Source of the DNA: Gemmatimonadota bacterium
Lineage (GTDB): Bacteria > Gemmatimonadota > Gemmatimonadetes > Gemmatimonadales > GWC2-71-9
DNA length: 64,000 bases
Direction of reading: 5' to 3'
NCBI GenBank assembly: GCA_003222115.1
Contig: QHUL01000056.1
Span: forward strand, 16,998-80,997
The translations under genes were made by a program, and so were the position numbers. Of this stretch, positions 1-10,057 are shown in pieces. Each line of letters begins with the position of its first letter. Position 1 is the stretch's first letter. Below the pieces are notes generated by a model that was not told where the DNA came from, searched no databases, and saw only the letters and a program-made list of their open reading frames with translations.

Positions 1-1530
1 CGCTTCGGTCCGACGGCGCTCTCCCTGGCGGCGTTCCTGGGTGTCGCGGCGCTCGCGGGCCCCCGCTGGGGCGAAGAGAAGATCGTGGCCGAGACGCGCG
101 GCCTGTCGCTGGTGCTCGCGGTGGACATCTCGCGCTCGATGCTCGCCGAGGACGTGAGCCCGAGCCGCCTGGCGCGCGCGCTGCGGGAGGCGCGCCGCCT
201 GGTGCAGGACCTCGACGGCGACCGCCTCGGACTCGTGGCGTTCGCGGGCTCGAGCTACATCCTGTCACCGCTGTCGGTCGACGGATCGGCCCTGGGGCTG
301 TATCTCGACGCGCTCGACCCGGACGTCGCCTCCGAGGGCGGGACCTCCTTAGCGGAGCCCCTGGCGCAGGGCGGCGAGCTGCTGCGGGCCAGCTCGGAGC
401 TCGCCGACCGCGTGCTGGTCGTCTTTACCGACGGGGAGGCGCACGACTCCGTCGCCCGCAGTGTGCGCCAGGCGCAGCGCCTCAACGCGCTCGGGATCCA
501 CCTCATCCTGGTGGCGGAGGGGGGACGGGCGCCGGCCCGCATTCCGCTGCGCGACGAGCACGGCACGCTGCTGGGCCAGCAGAAGGACGACGGCGGGGAC
601 GTGATCGAGACCCGGCGGCGGGACGACGTGTTGGGCGCCGTGGCGGACGCGTCGCAGGGCACCATCGTCGGTGCCGAGTTGCCCGACCAGGCGGGCGCGG
701 TGCGCGACCTGGTCGCGTCCTACAAGCGGGCGCGGGCGAGCGAGACGCACACGCAGCGCGGGCGACCGCGCTCCTGGATCCCGCTCGTCCTCGCCGTGGC
801 GCTCCTGTTCGGGCAGGCCGTGAACCGGCGGACCGCGTCGCTCATCGGACTCGCCCTGCTCGTCGGAGTGCCGCTCGCCGCCGCCGCGCAAGAGGCCCGC
901 CGCCCCCGCACGGCGGCGGAGCGGGCCTGGGACCGGGGGGACGTCACGCGGGCCCTCGCCGCCTACCTCGCCGAGCTCGCGGGGCGGCAGCGCGACGACA
1001 CGGCGTGGTACAACGCCGGCACGGCGGCGCTCGCGGCGAGTGATTTCGAGAGCGCGCGGGCGAACCTGGGCCATGCCGCTGCTTCGGTCGATCCGGGGAT
1101 CCGGTTCCGCGCGCTCTACAACCTCGGCCTCGTCGCCTTGCGCGAGTCGGTGGCCGACAGCAGCAACCGCGACGCGCACCTGGCGGACGCGGAGCGTGCG
1201 TACCGGGAGGCCCTGTTGCTCCATCCCCGCCAGCCGGCGGCGAAGTGGAACCTGGAGCTCGCGGTGCGCCGCCGCGGCGGCGGTGGGGCGAGCAGGAACG
1301 TCCCGCCGGCGGGAGGCGGCGGTGGTGGCGGAGCACCGCCGAGCGAGGCGGAGGCGGGAGGTGGCGGAGGGGCCGCGGGGGAAGGACAGCAGGGCGGGGG
1401 CGGCGGTGGCTTGACGCGGGCCCAGGCCGACCAGATCCTCCGGTCGATCGGCCAGGAGGAGCTCGCCACGCGGAGAAATCGCACGGGCCGCGTGCGGCGG
1501 GCCGAGGAACCGGGCGTGAAGGACTGGTGA
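1..1530 (+). CDS. VWA-domain protein with TPR region and Gly-rich linker (BatB-like aerotolerance-operon protein); 5' end lies outside the window
   Basis: Frame 1 is open from base 1 (RFGPTALSLAAFLGVAAL precedes the listed start at 85). MIDAS-like VDISRSM motif, TPR-like helices (AWYNAGTAALA, YNLGLVAL), stop TGA at 1528-1530. Confidence 0.7.
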   Translation, partial: RFGPTALSLAAFLGVAALAGPRWGEEKIVAETRGLSLVLAVDISRSMLAEDVSPSRLARALREARRLVQDLDGDRLGLVAFAGSSYILSPLSVDGSALGLYLDALDPDVASEGGTSLAEPLAQGGELLRASSELADRVLVVFTDGEAHDSVARSVRQAQRLNALGIHLILVAEGGRAPARIPLRDEHGTLLGQQKDDGGDVIETRRRDDVLGAVADASQGTIVGAELPDQAGAVRDLVASYKRARASETHTQRGRPRSWIPLVLAVALLFGQAVNRRTASLIGLALLVGVPLAAAAQEARRPRTAAERAWDRGDVTRALAAYLAELAGRQRDDTAWYNAGTAALAASDFESARANLGHAAASVDPGIRFRALYNLGLVALRESVADSSNRDAHLADAERAYREALLLHPRQPAAKWNLELAVRRRGGGGASRNVPPAGGGGGGGAPPSEAEAGGGGGAAGEGQQGGGGGGLTRAQADQILRSIGQEELATRRNRTGRVRRAEEPGVKDW

Positions 1531-3896
1531 CGCCGTCCCTGGTGGTGCTGCTCGCGCTGCAGGTCGCCGCAACGCCGCTCGACGTCACGGCGCGCGTGGA
1601 TCGCGCTCGGGTCGTGCTCGGTGATGAGATCGGGCTCACCGTGCGGGCGCGCGCTCGCACGGCGGAGCCGGTCAGCTTGGAGCTGCCGCCGCTCGCCGGT
1701 TTCCTGGTCCTCAGCACCCATGAGGTCACCGATGTCAGCGTCGGGGGCCCGGGCGCGCCGGTCCGCACGACCGTGCGGGAGCTGCAGCTGCGCGCGACCA
1801 AGGTTGGCACGCTATTGATCGGCGCCGTGCACGCGCGGCAGGGCCGGGTGATCGTCGCGACCGACCCGATCGTGGTCACAGTCGACAGCGGGGCGGCGGG
1901 GGGGCCGCCCGCGCTCACACCGCTGGCGCGCGCCCTGGTCGACGCGGCGCCGCCCCCGGAGCGCACCGACCGGGTGGCGCTCACGGTCGTCGTGCCGACC
2001 GACACGGTGCTCGCGGGTCAGCAGCTCGACGTCGTGGCCACGGCCTGGTTCCCGCGCGAGCTCCGGAACCGGCTGCACCGCCCGCCCCAAGTCACCATCG
2101 AGACCCCGCAACGCGTGTGGGCGTACCCCGCCGCGCGCTCGAGCGACGTCGCGGCCTCGCGGCTGGTGCGCGGGTCCTGGCTGGACCTGTACGTCGCCCA
2201 TCAAGTGGTCTTCCCGCTCGCCGCGGGCCGGGTCGTGATCCCCCCCGCGTCGGTGGAGTTCGCCGTGCCCACGACCTTTTCCTTTTTCAGTCGGGAGGAG
2301 CGCTACGCGTTGCAGAGCGACTCGGTGACGATCGTCGTGCTGCCCCTGCCGGTGGAGGGGCGCCCGGCCGACGACCAGCGGGTGACGGGGCGGGGGCTCG
2401 TCCTCGCGCTGGACGTGCAGCCGGCCGACGCGCGCGTCGGGGAACCGCTCGAGGTGACGACCACGGTCGCCGGTGTCGGCAACGTGGCGCTATGGCCGGA
2501 GCCGGCGTTGCGCTGGCCGCCGGGGTTCCGCCCCTACCCGGCGGAGCCCGAGGCGCGGATCGACTGGCAGGGCGGCCGGATCTCGGGGAGCAAGGCGTTC
2601 CGCTATCTCGTGGTCCCGGACTCGGCGGGCACGTTCGTCCTGCCCGAGCTGCGCTACCCGTACTATGACATGGGCCGGGGCGGCTATACCGTGGCGGGAG
2701 CGGCACCGCGGACGCTCGTCGTTGCGCCGGGTGCCGAGCCGCGTGCGGCCCGCTCGCTGCCACCGCTCGCGCCCGTCGACGGTGAGGCGTGGGCGAGCGC
2801 GGTCGCCCGCGATCTCTTCCCCTGGGGCTGGGGCGCCCTCGTGTGCGCGCCGCCGCTCGCCGCGCTGTTGTGGCGCCGCCGGTCGCGCCCGCGCGGCGGG
2901 CCGGAGCCCGCGCCCGCGGTCGCGCCGCAGGTCACGCGGCTGGGACGGCTGGAGCGGGAATTCCACGTCGTGCTCGCGAGTCATGTCGCCGATCCCGTCG
3001 CCCGCGACGGTGACGGCCTGGCTCGCGCGCTGCGCGCGGCCGGCATCGAGAGCGCGGTCGCGGACCACATCATGCGGCTGCGCGACCGGCTGCGGGCCGC
3101 GCGCTACGGGCCGCGCGGCCTGGGCGACGCGGCGGAGCTGGCTGCCGAGATCGAGCAGGTGCTGGGGGTACTGGGGGCGGAGCCGCACGGCGGGCGGCGG
3201 GTCCGCCTGTTCTCGACGCTGTGCTGCGCGGCGCTGCTCGCGCCGCGCGGCAGCCTCGCCCAAGGGCCGAGCGCCGAAGCGCTGTATGCCGCGGGGGCGC
3301 TGCGGGCGGCGGCGGACTCGTTCGCCGCCCGGGCCGCGGCCGAACCCCGCACTGCTGCGCACTGGTACAACGTGGGCGCCACCCTGTACCGGGCCGGCGC
3401 GGACGGCAAGGCTGCCGCAGCGTGGGCCGTCGCGGCGCGCCTTGCCCCGCGCGACCGCATGATTCGACGCGCCCGCGAGCTCCTCCCGGCGCCGGACGCG
3501 ACGAGCGAGCGCCTGCTCGCGGTCGGCGTCGGCGCACCCGGTGAATGGGGCCTCGTGGCCGCGGCGTGCTGGGTCGGCTTTTGGGCGGCGCTGGCCCGGC
3601 GACGCCGCTCGCGCGCGTGGCTGCTCGGGCTCGCGGTGTGCGCCGCCGCGGCGGGAGCGCAGGGCGCGCGCGAGGCGCTGCGGCGCCAGCAGGCGCTCGC
3701 GGTCGTGGTGAGCCCGGCCACGCCGGTGCGGGTGGCCCCGTACGGCGGCGCCAGCGCCGTCGCCACCGTCGAGGCGGGTGCCGCGCTGCTCGTGGAGCGG
3801 CGCGACGGGCGCTGGCTCGAGGTGCGGCGGCCGGACGGCATCCACGGCTGGCTGCTCGAGCGCGAGGCGGTGCGGCTGCCGCAAGATCCCCTGTGA
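1527..3896 (+). CDS. BatD-like oxygen-tolerance protein continuous with a TPR + SH3 (BatE-like) C-terminal module
   Basis: GTG at 1527 overlaps the upstream stop (GTGA). N-terminal signal-like VTPSLVVLLALQVAA and a BatD-style repeated beta-rich body. The C-terminal part has TPR (AHWYNVGATLYRAG), TM helices and an SH3-like end (WLEVRRPDGIHGWLLE). No stop separates the two parts. Confidence 0.6.
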   Translation: MTPSLVVLLALQVAATPLDVTARVDRARVVLGDEIGLTVRARARTAEPVSLELPPLAGFLVLSTHEVTDVSVGGPGAPVRTTVRELQLRATKVGTLLIGAVHARQGRVIVATDPIVVTVDSGAAGGPPALTPLARALVDAAPPPERTDRVALTVVVPTDTVLAGQQLDVVATAWFPRELRNRLHRPPQVTIETPQRVWAYPAARSSDVAASRLVRGSWLDLYVAHQVVFPLAAGRVVIPPASVEFAVPTTFSFFSREERYALQSDSVTIVVLPLPVEGRPADDQRVTGRGLVLALDVQPADARVGEPLEVTTTVAGVGNVALWPEPALRWPPGFRPYPAEPEARIDWQGGRISGSKAFRYLVVPDSAGTFVLPELRYPYYDMGRGGYTVAGAAPRTLVVAPGAEPRAARSLPPLAPVDGEAWASAVARDLFPWGWGALVCAPPLAALLWRRRSRPRGGPEPAPAVAPQVTRLGRLEREFHVVLASHVADPVARDGDGLARALRAAGIESAVADHIMRLRDRLRAARYGPRGLGDAAELAAEIEQVLGVLGAEPHGGRRVRLFSTLCCAALLAPRGSLAQGPSAEALYAAGALRAAADSFAARAAAEPRTAAHWYNVGATLYRAGADGKAAAAWAVAARLAPRDRMIRRARELLPAPDATSERLLAVGVGAPGEWGLVAAACWVGFWAALARRRRSRAWLLGLAVCAAAAGAQGAREALRRQQALAVVVSPATPVRVAPYGGASAVATVEAGAALLVERRDGRWLEVRRPDGIHGWLLEREAVRLPQDPL

Positions 3897-5584
3897 CGAA
3901 GATCGCCGTGCTCGCGGCGCAGGTGGCCGACCAGATCGCCGCCGGCGAGGTGGTGGAGCGCCCGGCGTCCGTGGTGAAGGAGCTGGTCGAGAACGCACTC
4001 GACGCGGGCGCGCGCACCATCCGCGTCGGCATCGAGAACGGCGGCAAGACGTTGATCCGGGTGAGCGACGACGGCGAGGGGATGAGCCGGGAGGACGCCG
4101 AGCTCGCGCTGGCGCGCCATGCGACGAGCAAGATCCGCGGCGCGGCCGATCTGATCGGGGTCGGCACCTTCGGGTTCCGCGGAGAGGCGCTCCCGGCCAT
4201 CGCGTCGGTGTCGCGCTTCGAGCTCGAGACCTCGCCCGACGGCCGGAGCGCAACCCGAGTGCGGGTGGTGGGCGGCAAGGGCATGGCCGTGGAGGACGCG
4301 GTGCGCCAGCGCGGCACCACGGTGACGGTGCGCGCGCTGTTCTTCAACACGCCCGCGCGGCGGAAATTCCTGCGTGCCCAGCAGACCGAGACCCGGGCGG
4401 TGGTGGAGGCGTTGACCGTGCTCGCGCTCGCGCGCCCCGACGTGGCCTTCGCGCTCGAGAGCGACGACCGTGCGCTCCTCGACGTCGGGCCGGCGGCGCG
4501 ACCCATCGACCGCGTACACGAGCTGTGGGGGCGGGAGCTCGCCGACACGCTGCTCCCCATCGGCCACCGCGAGGGCCCGCTCGAGGTGCGGGGCTTCGCG
4601 CAGCGCCCCGCGCAGGCGAAGCCTGCGGGACGCAAAGGCTACGTGTTGGTGCGGGGACGCCCCATCCGCGATCCCTTCATCCTGCGCGCGGCGGAGGCGG
4701 GGTACCGTTCGACCATCGCGCCCGGCGACCGCCCGACGCTCATCCTGTTCCTGGACCTCCCGGGAGACGCGGTGGACGTCAACGTCCATCCCACCAAGCT
4801 CGAGGTGCGCTTCCGTGACAAGTTCTTCGTCGAACGGGTGGTCGAGGAGGCGGTGCGCGGGGCGCTCGGGCCACTCGCCGCGGCGTCCCCGCTAGGTGTG
4901 GGGGGTGAGGCGTCGGGTGTCGGGGGGCCCTGGGCCGGTCTCGGTGCCGTGATCCCCGGCGTGGCCGCCGCGGAGCTCTTTTCCCGAGAGTCCCTCACAC
5001 CTGACGCCCGACGCCTGACACCCCCGCTGCTTCAGGTGTTTGACACGTACATCGTGTTTCAGACGGACACCGCCGTCGCCATCGTGGATCAGCACTCGGC
5101 CCACGAGCGCGTGCTGTACGAGACCGTGATGCGCCAGCTCTCGGGCGACGGCGCGCCCGCGCAGCGCCTGCTACTGCCGCTGACGCTCGACTTCTCGCCC
5201 GCCGAGCTCGAGGCCGTGGACGCGCACGGGGAGCTGCTGCGGCGCGTCGGCTACGAGATCGAGCCGTTCTCGGGCCGCTCCGTCGTCGTTCACACCGCTC
5301 CCAACCCGCATCCGCGGTTCGACGCGACGCGCTGCCTGCAGGAGCTCGTGGCCGATCTCGCGGGCGGCCGCTTCGGCGGCTGGGCGAACCGGCTGGAGCG
5401 CTTCGCCGCCAGCTTCGCCTGCCGCGCCGCGATCAAGGCCGGCCAGCGGCTCGAGCCGGACGAGATGCGGGAGCTCGTCATCCGCGTCCTCGGCGCCACC
5501 CTACCGGCCCACGACGTGCACGGCCGGCCGACCATCGTGCAGCTGCCGAAGGACGAGTTGGAGCGGCGGTTTGGGAGAGCCTGA
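3893..5584 (+). CDS. mutL: DNA mismatch repair protein MutL
   Basis: GTG at 3893 overlaps the previous stop (GTGA). GHKL N-terminus IAAGEVVERPASVVKELVENALDAG and the C-terminal dimerisation region. Confidence 0.9.
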   Translation: MTKIAVLAAQVADQIAAGEVVERPASVVKELVENALDAGARTIRVGIENGGKTLIRVSDDGEGMSREDAELALARHATSKIRGAADLIGVGTFGFRGEALPAIASVSRFELETSPDGRSATRVRVVGGKGMAVEDAVRQRGTTVTVRALFFNTPARRKFLRAQQTETRAVVEALTVLALARPDVAFALESDDRALLDVGPAARPIDRVHELWGRELADTLLPIGHREGPLEVRGFAQRPAQAKPAGRKGYVLVRGRPIRDPFILRAAEAGYRSTIAPGDRPTLILFLDLPGDAVDVNVHPTKLEVRFRDKFFVERVVEEAVRGALGPLAAASPLGVGGEASGVGGPWAGLGAVIPGVAAAELFSRESLTPDARRLTPPLLQVFDTYIVFQTDTAVAIVDQHSAHERVLYETVMRQLSGDGAPAQRLLLPLTLDFSPAELEAVDAHGELLRRVGYEIEPFSGRSVVVHTAPNPHPRFDATRCLQELVADLAGGRFGGWANRLERFAASFACRAAIKAGQRLEPDEMRELVIRVLGATLPAHDVHGRPTIVQLPKDELERRFGRA

Positions 5585-6539
5585 CCGCCCCCTGGTACCG
5601 GTACTCGTCGGCCCCACCGGCGTCGGCAAGACCGCCGTCGCGGCGGCGCTCGGTGTCCGCGCGCCCATCACCGTGATCTCAGCCGATGCGCGGCAGGTAT
5701 ACCGCGGGCTCGACATCGGCACGGCAAAGCCGCCGCCCGAGCTGCAGGCGCGGGTTCCCCACTTCGGCCTCGACCTGATCGAGCCGGGGGAGCGCTACAG
5801 CGCGGGACGGTTCGCACGCGATGCTGCCGGTTGGCTGGGGAGCGTCCGGGCCGGCGGGCGCGAACCGGTCGTCGTCGGTGGAACCGGGTTCTACGTGCGA
5901 GCACTGGCGGAGGGGCTGTTCCGCGAGCCGCCGCTCGACGCGGCGCGGCGCGAGCGACTACGGATCTGGGGTGAGCGGCTGCCCGCCGCGCGACTCGCCC
6001 ATTGGGCGGCGCGGCTCGACCGGCGCTTCGCGGGCGGCGGACGCCAGCGCGCGGCGCGCGCGATCGAGGTGGCGCTGCTCAGCGGTCGGACGTTGAGCTG
6101 GTGGCAGCGCGAGGCGCGCGAGACCGGGATTATGCGACCGTGGTACATTCATCTGACGCTGCCGCGCGACGCGCTCCACCGCCGCATCGCGGAGCGGGTG
6201 GACCGGATGCTCGCGGCGGGCCTCGTCGCCGAGGTGCGGACCCTGCTCGCCCGCGGCGTCGCGGCGCACGCGCCCGGACTCGACGGCGTGGGCTATCGCG
6301 AGGTCGTGGCGACGCTCGAGCGGCGGCTGCCGGAAGCCCGGCTGCGGGACGCCGTCGTCGCGGCGACGCGGCGGTACGCGAAACGGCAGGAGACGTGGTT
6401 TCGACATCAACTGCGACGTCAGACGTCAGACGTCAGACATCAGTCGGACGACGTTTGGACTATCGACGCGACAGCCCCGCCCGAGGAGCTTGCCGCCATG
6501 ATCCATAGGCGCTGGTGCACCACGCGTGCTGACGTCTGA
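5571..6539 (+). CDS. miaA: tRNA dimethylallyltransferase MiaA, with a C-terminal tail encoded by a heptamer-repeat element
   Basis: P-loop GPTGVGKT, plus DIGTAKP and YAKRQETWF motifs. TTG start at 5571 overlaps the mutL end. Confidence 0.85.
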   Translation: MGEPDRPLVPVLVGPTGVGKTAVAAALGVRAPITVISADARQVYRGLDIGTAKPPPELQARVPHFGLDLIEPGERYSAGRFARDAAGWLGSVRAGGREPVVVGGTGFYVRALAEGLFREPPLDAARRERLRIWGERLPAARLAHWAARLDRRFAGGGRQRAARAIEVALLSGRTLSWWQREARETGIMRPWYIHLTLPRDALHRRIAERVDRMLAAGLVAEVRTLLARGVAAHAPGLDGVGYREVVATLERRLPEARLRDAVVAATRRYAKRQETWFRHQLRRQTSDVRHQSDDVWTIDATAPPEELAAMIHRRWCTTRADV

Positions 6540-6557
6540 TGTCTGACGTCTGAGGTC
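6415..6557. repeat. Inverted pair of tandem heptamer arrays (GACGTCA x4 / TGACGTC x4) enclosing the miaA 3' end
   Basis: Arm 1 at 6415-6443 is gacgtcagacgtcagacgtcagacatcag. Arm 2 at 6529-6557 is ctgacgtctgatgtctgacgtctgaggtc. In register they are 26/29 complementary. An 18-nt perfect core pairs 6426-6443 with 6536-6553. Confidence 0.85.
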
Positions 6558-6559
6558 TC

Positions 6560-7687
6560 ATGCGTATCGGCATCACCTGCTATCCGACCTACGGCGGCTC
6601 CGGAGCCGTCGCCACCGAGCTGGGGCTCGAGCTCGCGCGGCGCGGCCACGAGGTCCATTTCATCTCGTACGCCAGCCCGTTCCGGCTGCGGGGCGGGTTC
6701 GCCGAGCGCGTCACCTTCCACGAGGTCGTGACCGCCGACTATCCGCTGTTCGAGCACTCGCCCTACGCGCTCGCGCTGGCCGTCAAGCAGCACGAGGTCG
6801 CGCTGCGCGAGGAGCTCGAGCTGATGCACGTGCATTACGCCATCCCTCATGCCGCGACGGCCTGGCTCGCCAAGCAGATGCTCAAGGCGGAGCGCGACCT
6901 CAAGCTCGTCACCACGCTGCACGGCACCGACATCACGCTCGTGGGGCAGGATCCCTCGTACTTCACCATCACGAAGTTCTCGATCGAGCAGTCCGATCGG
7001 GTGACCGCCGTGTCGCAGTACCTGCGCGACGAGACCTATCGCGCCTTCGGGTGCACCGGCTGCGACGTCCAGGTGATCCCGAACTTCGTGTCGACCGCGG
7101 AGTACCATCCGGCCCGCGATGCGTCCTGCCGGCGCGCGCTGGCCCCTCCGGACCACAAGATCCTGACCCACGTCTCGAACTTCCGTCCCGTCAAGCGCGT
7201 GCGCGACGTGGTGCGCATCTTCGCCGGCGTGCGGAAGGTGCTGCCCGCCACGCTCGTGCTCGTAGGGGACGGGCCGGACCGCGACGCGGCGGAGCAGGAG
7301 ACGGACCGCCTGCGCCTTGGGGACGACGTCCGGTTCCTCGGCAAGGTGGATCAGGTGGCCGACGTGCTGCGCGGGAGCGACCTGTTCTTGCTTCCCTCCG
7401 AGACCGAGTCCTTCGGCCTGGCCGCCCTCGAGGCCATGGCCTGCGGCGTGCCGGTGATCGCGAGCGCCGTGGGGGGCCTCCCCGAGGTCGTCGTGAACGG
7501 GGAGACGGGCTACCTCGCACCGCCGGGAGCCGTCGACGAAATGATGGAGCGGGCGCTCGCCATCCTGCGGGACGGCCCGCTGCACGGCCGGCTCGGCGCG
7601 AGCGCCGCAGCGCGGGCGCGCGACTTCTCGACCGAGCGGATCGTCCCGCATTACGAGGCGCTCTACCGGGACGTGCTCGGTGAGTGA
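6560..7687 (+). CDS. bshA: N-acetyl-alpha-D-glucosaminyl L-malate synthase (bacillithiol biosynthesis glycosyltransferase BshA)
   Basis: The N-terminus [36 protein letters not shown], together with [24 protein letters not shown] and [11 protein letters not shown], matches the BshA pattern I know from Bacillus. Confidence 0.8.
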   Translation: MRIGITCYPTYGGSGAVATELGLELARRGHEVHFISYASPFRLRGGFAERVTFHEVVTADYPLFEHSPYALALAVKQHEVALREELELMHVHYAIPHAATAWLAKQMLKAERDLKLVTTLHGTDITLVGQDPSYFTITKFSIEQSDRVTAVSQYLRDETYRAFGCTGCDVQVIPNFVSTAEYHPARDASCRRALAPPDHKILTHVSNFRPVKRVRDVVRIFAGVRKVLPATLVLVGDGPDRDAAEQETDRLRLGDDVRFLGKVDQVADVLRGSDLFLLPSETESFGLAALEAMACGVPVIASAVGGLPEVVVNGETGYLAPPGAVDEMMERALAILRDGPLHGRLGASAAARARDFSTERIVPHYEALYRDVLGE

Positions 7688-8513
7688 ACTGGCCCGCCTC
7701 GCGCGGCTGCCGAACCTCGTGATCGCCGCGGCCGGCGTGCTCGCCGGCGGGTGGATCGCCCTGGGGCGCATCGCCGTGCCCGCGTCGCTCGCGCTCGCCG
7801 CCCTGTGCGGCACCGCGCTCGGCGCCTACGGGTTCATTCGCAACGACATCGCCGACGCCGCGGCGGACGCGGTGAGCCACCCCGACCGCCCCATCCCGAG
7901 CGGCCGCATCCATCCTGAGACCGCGGACTGGTATGCGCGCTGGGCCCTGCTCGCGGCGATGGGGCTGCTGCTGTCGGCGCTGCGCGCGGGCGCGCCCTCC
8001 CTCGTGATGCTCCCGTGCTTCCTCGCCGCATGGGGTGCCCTGGGCGGCTACTCGCCCGTCCTCAAACGGGTCGGCCTCGGTAACGTGGCCGTGGCCCTCG
8101 TCGCCGGGTTGCCCTTGTTCTTCGGTGCGGCGGCGGTGAACCGGCCGCGCGACGGGCTCGTCCCCTGGGCCATCGCCGCGTGGATCCACGTCCTGCGCGA
8201 GCTGGTGAAGGACATCGAGGACCAGCCCGGCGACCAGGCGGTGCGCCGCCGCACCCTGCCGATCCTGATCGGGCGCACGGGGGCGGCCAGGGTCGCCGCG
8301 GCGATCGCCCTGGCGTTCGTGCCGGTCAGCCTCGTGCTCCCCTACCACGCGCAGTACGGCGGCGCCTACTTCGCGGTCGCGCTGGTCGCTCAGCTCGCCG
8401 TGCTCGTGGCCGCGGCCCGGCTCGTGGTGGGACGGATCGAGCGCGTCAGCGCCCTGCTCAAGGGAGCCATGGTGGTGGGCCTGATCGCCCTCGTCGCCGG
8501 GCGGGTCACATGA
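7680..8513 (+). CDS. UbiA-family polyprenyltransferase (integral membrane)
   Basis: Multi-TM protein with the Asp-rich motif NDIADAAADAVSHPDRPIPSGRI and a second motif KDIEDQPGD. The start overlaps the bshA end. Confidence 0.7.
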   Translation: MSELARLARLPNLVIAAAGVLAGGWIALGRIAVPASLALAALCGTALGAYGFIRNDIADAAADAVSHPDRPIPSGRIHPETADWYARWALLAAMGLLLSALRAGAPSLVMLPCFLAAWGALGGYSPVLKRVGLGNVAVALVAGLPLFFGAAAVNRPRDGLVPWAIAAWIHVLRELVKDIEDQPGDQAVRRRTLPILIGRTGAARVAAAIALAFVPVSLVLPYHAQYGGAYFAVALVAQLAVLVAAARLVVGRIERVSALLKGAMVVGLIALVAGRVT

Positions 8514-9292
8514 CGCTGTGGCAGGGGATCCTGTTGGGGTTGGTGCAGGGGCTGACGGAGTTCTTCCCCGTCTCGAGCTCCGGCCATCTCGCCGTGGTCG
8601 AGGCGATGACGGGCGTGAAGACCCCGGGGCTCTTCGTGGAGGTCGCGCTGCATGTGGCGACGCTAGGCGCAGTGCTCGTGATCTACGGCCGGCGCTTGAT
8701 GCAGCTCGCGCTGGGCGTACTCCGCGGGCGGCGTGAGGACGTGCGCTACGCGGGGCTCCTGGTCCTCGCCACGATTCCCGCCGGCATCATCGGGGTGCTG
8801 TTCCACGCGCGGATCGAAGCGGCCTTTCGGACGCTCAGTTTCGTTGGGGCGGCGTTCATCGTCACGGGCTTCGTGCTCTGGTCCACCCGGCGCCGCTCTG
8901 GTGAGGCGTCCGAGCCGACGCCGTGGCAGGCGCTGATCGTGGGCGCGGCGCAGGCGGTGGCGGTCTTCCCCGGCATCTCGCGCTCGGGCTCGACCGTGAG
9001 CGCGGCCCTGTGGTGCGGTCTCGGGGCCGAGCGTGCCGCGGAGTTCAGCTTCCTGCTCGCCATCCCGACGATCGGCGGGGCGGCGCTGCTCGAGGCGCGG
9101 CACGTCGCGACGGACGTCGCGGTGGTCGGCGCGCTGCCGCTCGTCGCGAGCTGCGTCGTCGCCTTCGTGAGCGGGGCATGGTCCATCCGGTTCCTCGTCG
9201 CGCTGTTGCGACGCGGCCGGTTCTACGCGTTCGCGCCCTATTGCTGGGCGGTCGGCGTGCTCACGCTCGTATACGCGCGGTGGCTCACCTAG
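8510..9292 (+). CDS. uppP: Undecaprenyl-diphosphate phosphatase UppP/BacA
   Basis: ATG at 8510 lies in an ATGA overlap. LTEFFPVSSSGHL and PGISRSGST motifs. Confidence 0.9.
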   Translation: MTLWQGILLGLVQGLTEFFPVSSSGHLAVVEAMTGVKTPGLFVEVALHVATLGAVLVIYGRRLMQLALGVLRGRREDVRYAGLLVLATIPAGIIGVLFHARIEAAFRTLSFVGAAFIVTGFVLWSTRRRSGEASEPTPWQALIVGAAQAVAVFPGISRSGSTVSAALWCGLGAERAAEFSFLLAIPTIGGAALLEARHVATDVAVVGALPLVASCVVAFVSGAWSIRFLVALLRRGRFYAFAPYCWAVGVLTLVYARWLT

Positions 9293-9336
9293 GGCTCGAC
9301 GGCCTGCCGGGGAACGTCCTCGCGCAGCGGTGGGGA

Positions 9337-10038
9337 GTGCCGCAGGTGGGGCTGTTCCGGCGTCTCGGGTCCACCCTCGATGCGATCCACGACCTCGGTG
9401 CGCAGGACGCGCCGCACGGCACCGTCGTGCTCGCCGAGGAGCAGACGGCGGGGCGGGGGCGTGACGGGCGCACCTGGCGCTCGCCCGCGGGCGGGGTGTG
9501 GCTGGGGATGCTGCTCCGGCCCGGGGACGTCCGGGTCGAGCCGGGCTCGCTCGCGATCCGCGCGGGGCTCGTGCTCGCCGACGCCGTGGACGAGGTGGTG
9601 GGCCGGCCGGTGGCGCAGCTCAAGTGGCCCAACGACGTCCTCGTCCACGACCGCAAGCTCGCGGGGATTCTGTGCGAGAGCCGCTGGCAAGGCGAGGCGT
9701 TGCAGTGGATCGCCGTCGGGTTGGGCGTGAACCTGGGGAACGAGCTGCCGCCGGAGCTCGGCGCGCGGGCGGTGGCGCTGCGCGAGGTGGCGCCCGCGGT
9801 GCGACGCATTGACCTGCTGGACCGGCTGGTGCCGGCGCTCGCGCGCATCGGCGGCCCGGGAGCCTTCCTCGCCGAGGCCGAGTGCGCGGCGTTCGCGGCG
9901 CGCGACTGGCTGCACGGCCGGATGCTCCGGTCACCGGCCGCGGGGCTCGCGCGCGGCATCCGTCCGGACGGCGCACTGCTCGTCGATGCCGGGGCGGGGA
10001 CAGTCGGCGTGCGGGAGGGGCACGTGGAGTTGGCATGA
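9337..10038 (+). CDS. birA: Biotin-[acetyl-CoA-carboxylase] ligase BirA (no HTH domain); start uncertain (GTG 9337 or 9346, CTG 9304)
   Basis: GRGRDGRTW biotin-binding loop and KWPNDVL motif. Confidence 0.75.
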   Translation: MPQVGLFRRLGSTLDAIHDLGAQDAPHGTVVLAEEQTAGRGRDGRTWRSPAGGVWLGMLLRPGDVRVEPGSLAIRAGLVLADAVDEVVGRPVAQLKWPNDVLVHDRKLAGILCESRWQGEALQWIAVGLGVNLGNELPPELGARAVALREVAPAVRRIDLLDRLVPALARIGGPGAFLAEAECAAFAARDWLHGRMLRSPAAGLARGIRPDGALLVDAGAGTVGVREGHVELA

Positions 10039-10057
10039 GGGGAAGACCACTCGCGGC

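Noticed and set aside
1270-1420. GGC/GGT-rich stretch near 1270-1420 that looks repetitive.
   Set aside because: It is in frame within the BatB-like gene and encodes a poly-Gly/Ala linker (GGGGGGGAPPSEAEAGGGGGAAGEGQQGGGGGG). It is low-complexity coding sequence, not a separate element.
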